64,000 nt of DNA, taken from Saccharolobus islandicus REY15A (GTDB taxonomy: Archaea; Thermoproteota; Thermoprotei_A; Sulfolobales; Sulfolobaceae). Made by a program: the position numbers and the translations under genes. This document shows positions 63,043 to 64,000 of this stretch, piece after piece (position 1 is the stretch's first letter; each line of letters opens with the position of its first letter). Under the pieces are notes generated by a model. The model ran no database searches, was not told where the DNA came from, and worked only from the letters and a program-made list of their open reading frames with translations. Where the stretch lies: the NCBI RefSeq assembly GCF_000189555.1, contig NC_017276.1, one strand, 5' to 3'.

Positions 63043-63783
63043 ATGAGAGGAAAAGAACTCATAATTGCGCTTTCCATATCTCTCGGAATTGCAGTTGCTA
63101 TATTATCGTTGCCAGATATACTAGAGCCCATAGCACATAAAATATTATTAGTCTTAGGCATTTATTGGCCTTTAGCAATTTTTATAATAGGTATAGTTCA
63201 TGGACTTAAACCTGACGAACATACATGGCCAATTACCGTATCCTATGGAATAATGCAGAGGAATATGAAAGGTGCAATAGTTTCTACAAGCGTTTTCGCA
63301 GGGGCATTAACACTCGTCTGGGCTAGTTTGAGCGCATTGACTGGACAACTTCTCTCATTCTTTCAGAATTACAACTTAGACCCAATAGTAGATGTTATAG
63401 TAGGGCTGACAATGATAGGAGTTGCCTTAATTTTCATTATTAAAGGCAAGGATAAAGTTGTGGATAAAGATAATAATCCAGATTACAAATTAATCTGGAT
63501 TCACGGACTAGCTGCGGCCTTTGGAGGGGATTTTATAGTAATATTGTTATTAACCATTGCCCTAAGTACACTTATTAGTGTGAATGTCACCTTCTTAATT
63601 GGACTATTATTTGGAATAGGTTCATGGATAGCCCAATCCATAGTGGTTTTATTAATATACAAAGGTTTGGTCAAAGGAGTGAAAGCGAATTTCCAAATTC
63701 TAGCTAAGGCAGGGAGGCTATCACTACTATTTCTAGGAATTTTTATGATAGGGTTGGGAATTTTAAGCTCTCTAACCGGTTAA
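63043..63783 (+). CDS. Ni/Co transporter-like membrane protein (NicO/RcnA/UreH-type)
   Basis: HGLKPDEH resembles the HAxxxDH motif; second His motif WIHG; 6-7 TM segments. Confidence 0.65.
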   Translation: MRGKELIIALSISLGIAVAILSLPDILEPIAHKILLVLGIYWPLAIFIIGIVHGLKPDEHTWPITVSYGIMQRNMKGAIVSTSVFAGALTLVWASLSALTGQLLSFFQNYNLDPIVDVIVGLTMIGVALIFIIKGKDKVVDKDNNPDYKLIWIHGLAAAFGGDFIVILLLTIALSTLISVNVTFLIGLLFGIGSWIAQSIVVLLIYKGLVKGVKANFQILAKAGRLSLLFLGIFMIGLGILSSLTG

Positions 63784-64000
63784 AAATCTTTTATACTCTT
63801 TTCGGTCAACTTCGCAATAGCCTTTCTTAAAACTTGCATTATGGCTGGTTTAGAAATACCCAACTCATTTGCTAACTCCTCTAGTCCTATTCTTTTAGGC
63901 GTTTCGAAGTATCCCTTATCAAAGGCTAGCTTCAGAATTGATAATTCCTTAGGCGTTAGCTCTTCCTTTACTGAAAGGAGTGGATTTGAAGATTCCTCAA
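63780..64000 (-). CDS. HTH_10 (bacterio-opsin activator type) regulator, C-terminal part; absent from the ORF track
   Basis: Manual translation ELTPKELSILKLAFDKGYFETPKRIGLEELANELGISKPAIMQVLRKAI...stop; gene starts beyond the window. Confidence 0.88.
   Translation of the reverse strand, partial: EESSNPLLSVKEELTPKELSILKLAFDKGYFETPKRIGLEELANELGISKPAIMQVLRKAIAKLTEKSIKDF

Noticed and set aside
1-64000. CRISPR array, rRNA or tRNA genes
   Set aside because: No regularly spaced direct repeats, no long GC-rich structured RNA and no cloverleaf seen on reading

Overview
A 64-kb AT-rich chromosomal window from a Sulfolobaceae archaeon (Saccharolobus solfataricus/islandicus-like; judged from gene content, leaderless starts and IS types). 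Metabolic genes include GlcDEF-type and LutAB-type oxidases, a lipoate cluster, pentose oxidative-pathway genes (araD/kdaD/dopDH-type with an ARA box), a GH36 alpha-galactosidase, tatAC, ilvD, an M32 carboxypeptidase and seven MFS transporters. Mobile DNA comprises two tnpB-only IS200/IS605 elements, two ISH3-family elements (one nested in a tnpB left end, one splitting an acyl-CoA dehydrogenase), a degenerate IS605-type element enclosing a vapBC pair, a 162-bp TA-targeting MITE candidate and a 35-bp inverted pair 11 kb apart. The most notable observations are: (i) a five-gene type IV pilin-like surface cluster whose two largest plus-strand genes each carry two inactivating lesions; (ii) vapBC placed between IS605-type left and right ends; (iii) an uncharacterised surface-protein locus with a membrane-anchored HTH regulator, two distantly paralogous beta-rich exported proteins, long palindromes and a Ni/Co-transporter-like gene; (iv) an orphan cedA-like gene; (v) one clear and one tentative C/D-box sRNA missed by the ORF track. 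No CRISPR array, rRNA or tRNA was seen. No searches were run, so family calls rest on motifs recognised by eye and on recalled literature.
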